A stretch of DNA of 64,000 nucleotides from Paragordius varius (lineage: Eukaryota; Animalia; Nematomorpha): contig OZ176050.1 in assembly GCA_964247055.1 (NCBI GenBank), positions 3,782,001 to 3,846,000 on the forward strand, read 5' to 3'. The first letter of the stretch is position 1; each line of letters starts with the position of its first letter. Position numbers and translations under genes: made by a program. Shown here piece by piece: positions 1 through 13,400 of the stretch. Below the pieces are notes generated by a model, which was given only the letters and a program-made list of their open reading frames with translations, did no database searches and was not told the DNA's origin.

Positions 1-2816
1 AAACTTATTGATGGTAATTTGATATCAAAGTAAATAATTTTATATATTTTAGACAACTAAAAGAGAAATTAAAGTTAGATGTCGCAAAATTTAAAAATTC
101 TTATGGATTTGCACCTGGACTAGCTATCGTTCAGGTATTAAAGTTATCAAAATTCATATAGGTAGGAGATCGGACTGATTCCAATGTGTACATAAAAATG
201 AAATTAAAGTCAGCCGAAGAAATTGGCATGACGGCCAATTTAATTAAAATAGCCAAAAGTTCATCTCAAAAAGAGGTTTTTAAAATTTATATATCAATAT
301 GATTAGATACTATCCATAGTTAAACAATTAAATTCAGATCAATTAGTACATGGAATTATTATACAATTACCATTAGACACGGATGAAAAAATAGATTCCA
401 ATTTTCTTTTATCCCACATATCGATTCACAAGGATGTTGACGGCCTCCATCCCTATAATAGTGGTCAACTTTCCCATGGTGATTTATCCAACACATTTAT
501 ACCATGTACTCCGAACGGATGCCTTCATTTAATAAAATCTACAGGTTTTTTCTACGGTTAACAAAATTAATCTATATTATTTTTTTGATATAATTAATAT
601 ACATTATGAATTTTAATATTCAAACAATTGGAATAAATAGTTTGTTCATCTAAAAATAGTATTATAGTGCAGAGGTGTCCACAAACGGCTTCGCGGGCCG
701 CATCGATGGTAACAAATGCACATCAATAATTATTATTATATATGAATCATGAGATTGTAAAAAAATGCGACAACTATGCTACTTTTTAATTTGATTTTTG
801 TTTGTTCGTTGGAAAAATTTAAAGTTTATTCAGATTTGACTACATTTTTAAAATTTCAAAAGTTAAATTTTAGTAAAATAGTTTGAATTACGTTTTCTTC
901 TATAATTTTAAACTGATAATGTCTACTTCAAAATTTATTAAATATGAATAATTATAAGCATGATGATTACCATCTCTGGTGTTAATAAACATAATATTTT
1001 AATTTTGAATAAATTAAATAATATTTTAACACTTAATTACCTCACCTTTTTATCCGCGATAACATATTGGAATTTATATCCCAAAACTCAATCTTGTAAT
1101 AAACCACTGTTTAAATAAACAGCTGATTTTAAAATAAGTATCAGTTTTTGCTAAAATGTAATCTGAAAAAGTTAATAATTTACATTATCCAACCATATTT
1201 TTTTAAGAAATATGACGCCTTCTTAGCTAAAGAAAGCATATTTTCTATATAATGAGATTTGTATTAAACAAAAAAGTTATTACCATAACTATGTTTAATA
1301 TTATGTTTTATTGCTGATTGATAAGATTAAAATTCCTTATAAATTAATTTATTTATAATTTTAACATGAATTATTTGTAGGTTGTTCGATTGAAGGTAAA
1401 CGTGCGGTTGTCGTAGGCCGGAGTCGTATTGTTGGAAGTCCCATGGCTCAATTACTTATATGGAACAATGCTACTGTCACAGTTTGTCATTCTAAAACTC
1501 AAAATTTGTCCAACATAGTATGGTTTATTACACATTTTTATTGCCAACTAACTTATAGTCTCTCTTATATTTATTATACTTACCTTGTAATAAGCTCTTT
1601 CTATTACACTGCTTTACTAATGTCTTGATTAATGTAAATGCAGAACACAACATATATTTTAGCTTTTCTTCTCATTTTCATAAAATTTTGACCGTCATTT
1701 TAAATGGTTTAATATTTGGCCTCACGATATGATAAAAACTAAGTTTCACAATTTTTGCATTGTTTTTTAGACAAAAGAAGCTGACATATTGGTAGCAGCG
1801 ATTGGGAAGGCGCATTTCATAAAAGGTGATTGGATTAAACCTGGTGCAATTGTCATTGATTGTGGAATCAATAGTATTCCAGGTTTATTTCCATTAATAC
1901 ATATAATTGTTTGTTTGCCCGATAAATATGTTATCTTATAGAATTTATGGTTTAAAATCATTTTACCACATTTCAAATAAATGCACTTTAAATAGATTAT
2001 ATGGGCCTAAAAACATATAATGTATTTGATTTTTTAAGGGGTGAACAATTTATAGTGTTTCATTTGAAATGTTTAAGGTGAATCAAAGCGTTTTGTTGTA
2101 TATATTAGCAATCTTATGGTTCATCTATGCTGTTATTGAAATATTCTTAGTTTATAATGATAGCTTGGGTACATACAAATTTTACAAATTATATAATAAA
2201 AAATCGGGGTTCTCTAATGGAGATATTATGGCAAGTTTTTATGAAACCTGGATATCATAGAAGGAATTTTTATGATTACACAAAGTGTTTTAAATAAATT
2301 AATTCGGCTTTTATAATAGACATTTTTGGCTTATTAATCACAATTAATCTGTGTTTGTGTTTTTATATGAGACCAGAAATATTTGGTTTTAATCTATTTA
2401 TGAATCCTAGAAAATGTTTGTTTTTATGCATGATAGTGACATCTGGACTTTATTATAGGAATAACTATATTTATTTCACACAATATTGTCGTTTTTTATA
2501 TGTGGCCAAAAAAACATGGTGTTATCTATGAATATACGTTTCTAAATATTGTTTAGATGAAACCAAAAAATCCGGGTATCGCCTAGTTGGAGATGTAGAT
2601 ATTGAACAAGCCGCTCAGATTGCTGAATGGATTACACCGGTTCCTGGGGGTGTTGGTCCAATGACCGTTTGTATGCTTCTCAATAATACGGTAGAGAGCG
2701 CATTTCGACACATGAACAAATCTCAAGACTGTGATGCTCATGTTAACAATGCCAATGGACATTATAAAAATGGTGCAGAAAATGAGGGATCCATTGTAAA
2801 TTTGGATTATATATGA
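1..2816 (+). CDS. MTHFD1: Methylenetetrahydrofolate dehydrogenase/cyclohydrolase, MTHFD1-type D/C domain only (5' partial)
   Basis: Exons <1-29, 53-134, 162-275, 307-544, 1381-1517, 1771-1882, 2557-2816 (972 nt, in frame, TGA at 2814-2816). Translation contains [88 protein letters not shown] and [12 protein letters not shown], hallmark FolD/C1-THF synthase motifs closest to eukaryotic MTHFD1. All introns are GT-AG. Confidence 0.95.
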
Positions 2817-3505
2817 TTTTTGGAATAGGGATGCCTATAATAATTAAAAATTTGGAAATATGTTATACATTTGGGTGGTTTTGAGACTAAAAACTAGGTC
2901 GAAGAGTTGATGCAACGACTTAGGTAGGAAATTTAATATGGTTTTTTTGATTTTTTTTCGATATATAAATGAAAGAAAAATATCGGATAGTTTCATATAT
3001 ATATATAAACATAGTGTTTTGGGCAATGAAAATAGTGGGAAAGTTCATGAAACAATTAAATATATATATATATATTGGTCCTTAAAATTTTTAAGATCTA
3101 ATTTAACCATAATTTTTACATTTATTTTTTTTTTATTATTTTAATTTTCTTTATTTATTATATATTTATTCATTTAAAAATAAAAAATTTTATTGAATAA
3201 CCACATTTTTTGTTTTAAACTATTTTTTTTTCAATTCAACAAAATTATTAACTTTTAAATGTTTTCAATAAAAAATTGTAATTAATAACCCAGAAAACTT
3301 ATATATTTTTTCATTGCTTGTTAAAATCTTATAAATATCCAAAATTATTTTAAGAAAGTAATAAAGATATACGGTTTCTCAAAGATTAAAATTGATATCG
3401 ATTTAAAAATTATTTTAAATAATAGAAAATAGGTTAAAAACAATAAAATAGATGGATTATTTACGATTTGATTGATAAAAGTTAAAAACAAATCAAAAAA
3501 GTCAT

Positions 3506-3568
3506 AGGACCAACTTGAAATGTTTAAGGACCAACTTGAAGTGTTAAAAGACACTCTTGAAGTGCAAA
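3506..3568 (+). repeat. Three degenerate 21-nt tandem repeats
   Basis: AGGACCAACTTGAAATGTTTA / AGGACCAACTTGAAGTGTTAA / AAGACACTCTTGAAGTGCAAA; one frame reads DQLEMFK-DQLEVLK-DTLEVQM. Confidence 0.8.

Positions 3569-3570
<2 letters not shown>

Positions 3571-3641
<71 letters not shown>
3571..3641. repeat. (AT)n microsatellite, about 35 units
   Basis: Direct reading; it generates the spurious YIYIYI ORF 3345-3725. Confidence 0.98.
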
Positions 3642-3643
<2 letters not shown>

Positions 3644-4889
3644 GGCAAATTTTGTGAAAAACATATCCAAATTTAACTATCAAAGGCGAAGTATGAAGTA
3701 AATTCCTTAAATGCAAAAATAGCAAATTGAAAATTTATTTATAAAAATCTAAAATATGGATGAATTAAATAAAAAAGCATTATTATGTTTTATGAAAATT
3801 ATTTAAGTTTGGATAAATTAAACAAAAATATATAGAAACACTTTCTTTTTAGTTAATCACTAAATTATAAATATAGATCATGCTACATTTTAGATATTTT
3901 ATTATTATTTACCTTTTTTCATTGTATTATTTAATTTTTACAATTACAAATTTAAGAAAAATGGCACAACCGGCGACTATTCCACCAACCAATTGATATA
4001 ATGCCAAAATTACAATTAATTTTACAAAATTATAACGGAACACCTTTTAAAATATGTCACGATATTTATTATAATGGGCACATATATTTTAATTACTTTA
4101 TTTAATTTTTACTATTAATCAAAGAATAAATTTGAGTTTCATTATTACGTACATTAGTTCTTAAATATATATAAACTTTCCAATTCTTAGATAAGAAATT
4201 TTTCCTAATAAACCGTTAATAGATATATTGATGCAGTTAGCCACACAGTTTGGTTTCTTAAACTAAGCTTTTCCGTATTTAAGAGGGAACAGATTGATTT
4301 TTATGTATCGTTTAAAAACAAAAATTGAGCATTTTGAAAAGCTCTACTTGATAATTTTTTCTACCATATTTTTTGAAAACTGTATGGCTTACAAGTGGAA
4401 GCCGGACGGATATTCTAATTTTGATTGCAACTAACCTTTAAGATAATAGTTAAGGTTTTTGATTATCTTAGCTGCATTTCATTTAGCATATGAGGGAAAT
4501 AATGGTTCAAAAAGTGGTTTTGATTGTAAGCAAATATAATTTATATCTCCAATTTGTATTTTTGGGTTTTGAATTATATAAAGAAAGAATGACCAAAATA
4601 ATATATTAATTTTGAATGCTGAAAATTAAATACAATAAGCAATATATGGCATATTGTAAACACTTAAAATACCTCCAATAAAAAATTTTAAGACGTTTCG
4701 ACTAGATTTGACATGTTATATTAATATTTGAATCATATTATAAAATTTAATATATCTCTGATATATAACTATTTAAATATATATTTATAAAAATAAGAGG
4801 TGCTAGCAATGTTTGAAGAAAACGGATAAGCGCATTCATACTCCAAATTAAAAATTTTAATCATTTATAAATATCCCTAAAGTATAAAC

Positions 4890-6000
4890 CCTGTTTTGAA
4901 TTAGGCCCTCAGTTTTGCCTCATCTCGTGTAAAAATCAGATTTTTTGAAAAATAGAGGTCTAATACTATAAATAAGTTTGTAAGGCATGTTTGAAAAACT
5001 TGTCGTTTCATTCAATTTTAACAGTGTACTTTTTTTATCGTTTTACGAATATCCCGATAGCGACTAAGCCTTTTATAAGTAGCACCTTTTTTGAACCGTA
5101 CACTTCTGCAAAATGGTAAAAATTGTTGGCTCTAAAACTTTCGAATAACGTGTAGGCGCAGAAAATTTGATAAAAATTTTATGATTAAACTGCGCCAAAA
5201 ATGTCTTAACCTTTTTAAAATTAACCTCTAAGTCTCACATGTGAAAATAGGGTCTTTAATAATATTGAGGTGAGTGATTTTTTGTCAAACATGTAGGCCC
5301 ATTAAAATTTAAAAGTGGTTATTTTTTATTTCAAATGAATGCGGATGACTCAGCCGTTTTTTATTACTCTCTCTGTCCAGCCCCACCCAAGCAAAAATGT
5401 ATTTTAAACAAATATTCGTTTTGAAGCACGTTTCAATGTGTAGGCGCAGTCTGGTTTAATTTTTTTTAAAATTGTTTTACAATTGGCCGACAGTGACTAA
5501 ACTTTTTGGAATTATTCCGCCCCGTTTCTATATAAATAGCTTTTTAGGATGATTTTTGCCTTTAAAATCTGATTCCAAAATACGTAAGAGCACAGTCAAA
5601 GTTTTAATACTGTATTTTTTTGTTTTAGAATTTTAAAGTACTAAGTCGTATTTAATTAGCCCCTCAATTTAGCCTCACATAGTGTGAAAATTGTGGCTTT
5701 AAAATAATGCTGACATTATAGCCATTTTTTTGAAAAACGTGTAGGGCCCATGCAAATTGAAAAGTAATGATTTTTTATTTATAAACGTGCCGAGGACCAC
5801 TAAGCCCTTTTTTGAATAACCCCTTAGTCCGGCTCCTGTAAAAATAGTTTTTTAACAATTGACTTGAAATATGATTCCAAAAAATGTATGGGTACAACAG
5901 TTTCAATAATATTTTATATTTCTTAAAAAATAGATAGCTTCGAAATTGAGTAAACTAGCCCTCAATTCATCCCTTTTCACTAAAATATTGGCATTACTGC
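4890..6000. repeat. Old degenerate tandem-repeat region, probably related to the Helitron internal repeats
   Basis: Recurrent motifs (AC/ATGTGTAGG(C/G)C, TTGAAAAA, (C/T)TAGCCCTCAATT). TTGAATTAGGCCCTCAGTTTTGCCTCATCTCGTGTAAAAA near 4896 resembles TTGAAATAGGCCCCCAGTTCGGGCCCACCCCGTGTAAAAA in the 45.3-kb Helitron. Ends not resolved. Confidence 0.4.
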
Positions 6001-6243
6001 AAAAGTCAATTATTCAAAAGAAACATTCAATTTCATAAGTGCGTTGCAGGCGACTGAACCACATATACCTTCTGAAAGAAACATATCAGACCATTTAAAT
6101 TTAACAATAATACTAATTAAAAATCTAAAAAGTAAGTTGTGAGATGCTTATGAAAAGCATATCCTTTCTAAATACGCCTCTATATAAAATACGTATACAG
6201 CTGTTTTTCTAAACACAGACGAATAGGTAATCCATAATATTTG

Positions 6244-6637
6244 CAGGGGCGTACCGAGGGGGGGCAAGGGGGTGCATCATGCCCCGAGCGCCGTTATTTT
6301 GGGGCGCCTAAATGATTTTTTAAAATTAATTTTAATTATGCAAAACTAATAAGAACTTTTAAATGAGATTTTTCAGCAATTTAGATAATTATCCCTATAA
6401 TATATACTCTATTATTCACCTAAGTAATACCATTGAATAAATTTAGTATCATATAAATATATATATTTAATAGATTTAAAATTTATACGACAGTGCTGTC
6501 TTATCTATGGTGTTTAGGTTACAACCTTTGTATTTTTTTTACTAAATTGTTTTATTAGCTTTTAAAAAAAAAGTGGGGGGGGGAGGCGCCATAAAAGTTT
6601 TATGCCCCGGGCGCCGCAAATGCTCGGTACGCCACTG
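6244..6637. mobile_element. Non-autonomous hAT element (MITE), 394 bp
   Basis: TIRs CAGGGGCGTACCGAG / CTCGGTACGCCACTG (14/15 match); perfect 8-bp TSD AATATTTG (6236-6243, 6638-6645); subterminal GCCCC/GGCGCC motifs. Confidence 0.93.
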
Positions 6638-9600
6638 AATATTTGTCCGTCTAAAAATTTATAGCTTATAGATTTGAATACATCAAGTTAGAAAACCTAA
6701 ACGCAGACATATATATTAGATTTGAATACATTTTTGATGACCTTTTATATATGGGTTAAACTATTGTATTAATTTTGTATTCAACCTGCACACGTTATTT
6801 TACCTTGGTTTAACATGTTGTAAATTTATATTCACAAAAAGTATATAAACATCGCAAACTGTATATCGTTTAGATTTTGCATTTTAACTCAATAAATATT
6901 ATTGTTTTACGGTTTTCGATTTACTACAATAGCATAGCGCAATTTTTATATTGGTTTCTGGATTAAGCTCCACTCTATGTGTATTTATACCATATTATAT
7001 TTTTAATTTACCATATTATTACATAGGTTTTTCGTTTTGAGATTTGGTTAATATAATAGTTATTGCCTCCAATGAATTATTACTTAAGAAAAACGCTAAA
7101 ATATCTAAATGAACATTGAATTTTTTATATGAAATATCAAAAATAAGCTACTCTGGGTCAAAATGGGTTATTTCCGAAAACCGATAGAAACTAATGTTAA
7201 AAACATTTTTATCTGTACTATAGTTAATGAATCCACCTCTAGACTGTGGGATCTAAAGGAGAGTTATAACGTATCAAAAATTAATTAATTCTTTTTTAAT
7301 AAAAGTTGAATCACCCGTAAAATAACCGTTCATATACCAGAAAATTAAAGATAGGGAATCAAAGATAAGAATTTTTTTATACAAAATTATTTATTTTATT
7401 TAATAATCATCTTAATTGTTTGCACACAATCTTTGATCATGGTTATTAAAATATATATAAGTTCAGGGAGAGATTTGAACGGAAAACGCCATCTTTATAT
7501 TAAATAACAACATCATGCTATGAATATTATTTTAAATTATCATTACATTCAGAAGTTATAGTACTTCCAATCAAACAATAGGTGGTTACATTAAACCAAA
7601 TTTGAGACAATGTTTATCACGTATTATAGTGTAAGACGCGTTTCGTTCTTGTCGTAGACTCCACAGTCACACATAATAAACACGGGGAAACTCTGTCAAT
7701 TGGATTTATATATACTGAGTATTTTAAGTTTTAAAGACCAATTATAGTTAATGAAAGAGAAACTTAGAATTTGAAATCCATAGACGACCGATGTATTACA
7801 ACAACAGACAACAAATTTTGACTTTTAAGGTGCCATTTTTGTTTTTGAATTTTTTTCATTAAAATACATTAATAGTATATCTGAAAAAAAATTATTCAAA
7901 CACCTGAGAAATATTTTTCATGAGGATTATCGAAAAACTTTGGCACGATTTAACATTAAACACGAAATTTCCAAAAATAAAAGTTTTAGTATAGCGCCAT
8001 GTATTATATATCATTCGAAAGAGTGCAAAAGACAATCTTTTAAATGGTAGCATGTCATATAATGTAGTAAGATATTAAAGTTATTGAGTGTTATATGGTC
8101 AAAAATTACAACCTATTAATAAGTTAAAAATTTTCACAGACGATTTATAAATCATATAAACAATTTTAATATAATTATTAGGTTTAAATTAGTAAATAAT
8201 TAAAAAAATCAAGAGCATTTGGTCTGCTTTATAAAAATCATTGTTATCAAAATTACTAGTGGATCCTAATAAGTAAAGTTATAACTGTTTATATATTACA
8301 TATAAAGGTTAAAACAGATTAAAAATGCTTTAACTATTTCTAGTCTTTGAAATTTTATACCCTTTTAAGAATATAATTAATATTAGATGGTAATTTAAAA
8401 AAAACCAAAAACTAAAACTGACGGACTGTGTAAAATAAATTTTTAAAATTTTTTTATTTAGTTATAAACATCGAAGTCCCAATTTATTGCTCTAATGGAA
8501 TCCACTTAAAATATAAGCAAAATTCTAGGATTGCTCGATAAAAATTTAATATATGCTAAATTTTGATAGCAACTAAAAATATTTAAAAAATGAATAATTT
8601 TTTAAAAATTTTATTTTGTTAGAGCTTACACGATATAATTTTGAAGCATGATGTAAACGGTAAACTCTTTAAAATATTGAAAAATACTTTTTCTATCGCT
8701 TTGGTTTAATTTAAGGTTTGCCTAAAAAATTGACGACTTTTTTAAAAAATACAATTTATGTTTGATATAGATTTAAAGACAAACAAATAAATAAAATTAT
8801 AAGGTTATAGAAATTAAGCATGATTGCATTTAAAAAAAGTGTATAATAATTCTTAGCGTTTTTCTACGGTTTCCCTCATGGCTCGAAGTGCTGTGAAGTG
8901 GGCACAAGATTTTGCTAAAAATTAAACTTTATATTGATTTTTTTAGTTGATATTAAAATTCAGGATAAACTCAAAATTTATATGGCGTTGGCAATTCGGC
9001 GGTTGTTTTATGAAAAATCCATTTTATAGCAAAAGTTTTTGGGACTTCCGTGTTTAAATCTGAATATTTTTTGGAGGTTTTATGAATAAAAAAATTTAAA
9101 AAATATGCTTCCGAAAATTTCGCCATTTCTGATATGGAGGAATTGCCTAATAACTTTCGTAAATTACTCAGGGCCAAAATCTATAGCACTACAATAATTA
9201 TGATTCAATCAGATCAGGTATTTAAATTCCACGATTGACACTTTGTGACGCTAAGTTTTTTTCGAAGGCTAAATGCTTTGTTAAAAAAAGTAACAAACTA
9301 TACACCATAAACAATATTTTATGAATGGAAAAATAATTTTAAAACGAATTAATTTTGAGATGGGGGGAAAGTCTTAAATTTAAAAAAAATTTTAGTGTTA
9401 TATGCTTAACAGCGGCCCTAGATACAATATAAATTTGGCTTTTTAAATGATACGACTGCACTAAATTATGACATCAAAAAATGTTTTTTTAAAAAATTAA
9501 TTTTTTATTATAAAACTTAATAATTGTTAGAGAGCAATTAAATTTAGAGCTTTTAAACTCTGAAAATTGATTAAATATTCATAAATAAAATAAATCGATA

Positions 9601-10414
9601 ATTCCGAACAATTTATCACAAAATTTTGCTAAATGATTCTTCCTCAAATTTAAGGTTAACATGATTTATTAAAACTTTGAAATTAATTAAATGCAGATTT
9701 TTGCTTTTAAAAAGGTTAAAGCCAAAACATTTTAAGTTTTCAAAAAGTTGCCGTTTCAGTGAGAAATACTTAAGCAATAATTAGAGAAAATATAATAAAA
9801 AAAACGGTTTAATTAGAAATATTTTTTGGGTCATCTACTCATTAAATGTTTAAACTTTGATTCAGGAGCACAATATTAAAAAAATAGTCATTTTTTATAT
9901 TTTGATGCATCTAATGAAGTATCACCTTACATATTAACATGTTTCAATGACCACAATTTTTATATATGTGAAACGTGTCAAACATTGCATGAAATTTCAC
10001 CTTTAAATTGAAAAGGGGTAACTGTAATTCATATATCTACCCAATATTTGATTGTTTGCCATTATACAGTCATGTATTCTTTATATAAAAAAATTTTTTT
10101 TCGAATGGGTATAAATATTTGGTAAGGAATGAAAAAAACAAGAGGTCCATGGTAAATCTTATGCTTTTTTAATGAAAATGATATTGCTAATACCATAAAG
10201 ATATAGTTTACTTTTCCCATTCTTTACAAAATATTTATATTCATTTAACGAAAAAAAATAATTTTTTATAAAATAAAGGATACTCACTGAAATAAAAAAC
10301 CATAAAACAACCTGTAAATACATGCCTGCATTAGTTTTAACCAATACCATATGGCGTAACAACAGATTAAAAAAATGTTGAATTTCTTTTAATTATTTTT
10401 TATTGGATTTGGAT

Positions 10415-13400
10415 ATGACTGAATTCGAAAAATACCCAGGAAATGAATATCGTAATAATTTTTTTTATAATACAGATTTACTTGATTATTCAAATGTGAA
10501 AAAAGTAATTTTGCAATCAGGAATTTTTTATGCAGGTTTAATTTTGATTTAAAAAGTAAAGGTGGTGAAGATTACAAGAAAGGGCCTATTATCCAAATAA
10601 TTTTTTATAATACATCGATTTGCGAAGCTAAAAAATTGGGACTTTCAAACTTGGATTGTAATTCGAAATCAGTTTGTATTGCTTCGAACGATGCTACATT
10701 CAAAAATCACAAAGACATAATGAATAAATCCGTTTCTCATGTTAACAATGGACAGGACATTTCGTATGATATGAGTCATGAAAAATCTTGTCGCAACATA
10801 TCAATTGTTTTCTCATACTTTTACCAAACATTACCGTAATTACATTATAACTTAAAATTAATTATTTTCGTAAAAGGTATATATTTTACATTTTAGGTCC
10901 CACATTACAAAATTAGGATTTACAGTTATTGTCGATGGTCGAAGATCTAAATGGGAAATTATAAAACGGATTTTGGATTCATTGGAAGTAATTGTTTAAT
11001 TTAAACTATGCCTAATGATATAATTGAAAATGTTGCATTTAATATTTTTTATTATTAAATTTTATTTTTTGTGTGTTTTGATTTGTATGATAAAAGATTT
11101 TTGTCAAATTGATTATACTGAAAACAAATTAAATATTCCACATATTTGGTTAATAAACCATTGCTGTTTTGTATTGTTTAACAAACACTTTGATGTTTTT
11201 AGCGCCGTTTCACATATTTTATCCTTCATTTATATTAATTATTAAAACTTTATATATAAATTTAATTAGAGAATTTCAATTAAATATTTTTTATACAATC
11301 CAATATTTAGCTCAAAAATGAATTGATCAAAAACATTTACATTATTAAACCTGAAAAATTTTGGCAAAAACAAAAAACCAGCCTGGGCACCGCAAAATAT
11401 CCCTTTGAAGTAAGTAACACAAAATATAATTTAAAGTTTATTGCACTTTCTATTATTTTACATACATGTAATATATAGATAGATTTAAAACAATTTTTTT
11501 GGTTTTTTAATCATCTAAAAATAGAGTGTTAAAATTAAATTATAATTATTATTATGGGAAATTATTTGTTTTATATCATTATTTATTTGAAACATATATA
11601 GAATCAACTTAAATCCTGGTTGATTAATTTTGGATTTTTAAAGCATCCTTTTACTCCATTTCATATATTTTTTCTCTTAATTTTTTAATAATTTTTCCTA
11701 TAAAATTTTAATTTTTTTAAAGATTTCAATGGTATCCCTTGAAACATTGTATAAAACATGTTGTGCACCTAATCAACTTATATGGCCAAATATGCCTATA
11801 AATATACCAAATAACAATAGCAATAGCAATGAAAATATTGACGAAAATTTTCAAAATCAAACTCCAACTACGCCTCAAAAATTGAATTCTATGAGAAATA
11901 ATCACCAATGGGATGATATTACTAAGTTGATTTTGGATCTTGCAAAATTAGATGAGCAGAAAAGTACTTGTTTATATTTAATGTTTTGGATTATGATAAC
12001 ATAATTATAATTTTTTATTTGGTTTGTAATTATAATTTTATTGTCGTTGCGAATACATATGTATATATATATATATATATATATAAATAATATAACGATT
12101 TATTCATATTTTTACGGCCCAATATGTGGGCTCCTTAATACCCCAAAGACACACACACTTTAAACCATTAAAACCCAAAAGCATCCGTATTTAGATACAC
12201 TAAGAAATGTGCATCATAAATGTTTTTGCAATACATCATATGTATATATTACGATAGAAAATCTATATTTGATTTTATATAATAATAATAATTTTATTCT
12301 ATTCTATTCGATTTAGTTGGTGATAATCGTGAATCTTGGTTTAAAGAATGGATTGAATTGAGATCTTATTTGCATGCCTTTCATTTTTCAACCATTGGAC
12401 GAAATGGTCAAACAAAACCCGATGATGTCGAAATGCAAAAGGGTTATTATAATTTAAATACGAATTACCGATTTTTTTTCGGATTTTAAAGTTTTAACTT
12501 TGTATATATATCTATTTCTTCTGGGTATTTTTTATATTTTAGTATACAATATTATTATATATAAATTATTGTTTTCTCTGTGAAAATTGTTATATTCTTA
12601 TTTACGATACTAATATATAAATAAGTAAAAAGGATTTAAACAGGGGGTATCCAACAAGCTCCCCGTGAGTAATTAATGAAATATTTTACAAAATCTAAGT
12701 AAAGTTAATATTTTTGCCCAAATTTTCTTTCATAAATCTATCCTAATTTTGGCAAAGAACCAGCAAAATTATTAAAATAAATAGTATTAAGTTAAAAACC
12801 TAATAATATATTTCTTTATGCCTATATATTTTACCAATGCGGCCGGCGAAGATGCTTAACTAGGGTTGTGCTGACCAAGTCATGACCAGGTCAATTGACC
12901 GGGTCATGACCAGGTCAGTGTCTATTTATTTTTTGACCACGGTCATTTTAAAAAACAGCTGTTTTTTCAAAAAATGTTGCTAATTTTTTTTTGGAAGAGT
13001 ATAGTAAGATGTTATTGTTTTTTAAAAAAATTTTTTTAATTGAATATTTAAATATGCTTATTTAACAATATAAAATTGTAAAGTATGCATCGTTTTAACA
13101 TTAGCATTAAACATATCCAGTTATTTCGAAAAACATAACAATCCACTTTGGAAATGCAATTATTCCATATATGTAAATTGATTAAATGAAAAACATTTTG
13201 TAATTGGATATTACAATGATGAAAGAAAGTGTAAAACAAACTATGTAAGATTTCATTTGAAATATCCAGTATTAAAATCAATGTATTTGAAGATTTAGAA
13301 GGACAAACATATGGCAAAATTTATTTGAAAACAAAATTCTTGATTAAATTTGTTTTAAAATATTTGTAAATAATTAATACCAAAAAAATGTATAATATAA

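Noticed and set aside
670-715. CAGAGGTGTCCAC..CGCGGGCCGCA, hAT-like terminus (similar relic at 12641-12852)
   Set aside because: No matching second TIR or 8-bp TSD found; solo decayed ends only.
3345-3725. 126-aa minus-strand ORF
   Set aside because: Held open by the (AT)n microsatellite (YIYIYI); no homology.
7100-10100. Hidden gene or synthetase exons between MTHFD1 and Trio
   Set aside because: No ORF with recognisable motifs or consistent splice phases; it looks like decayed TE-derived DNA whose ends I could not define.
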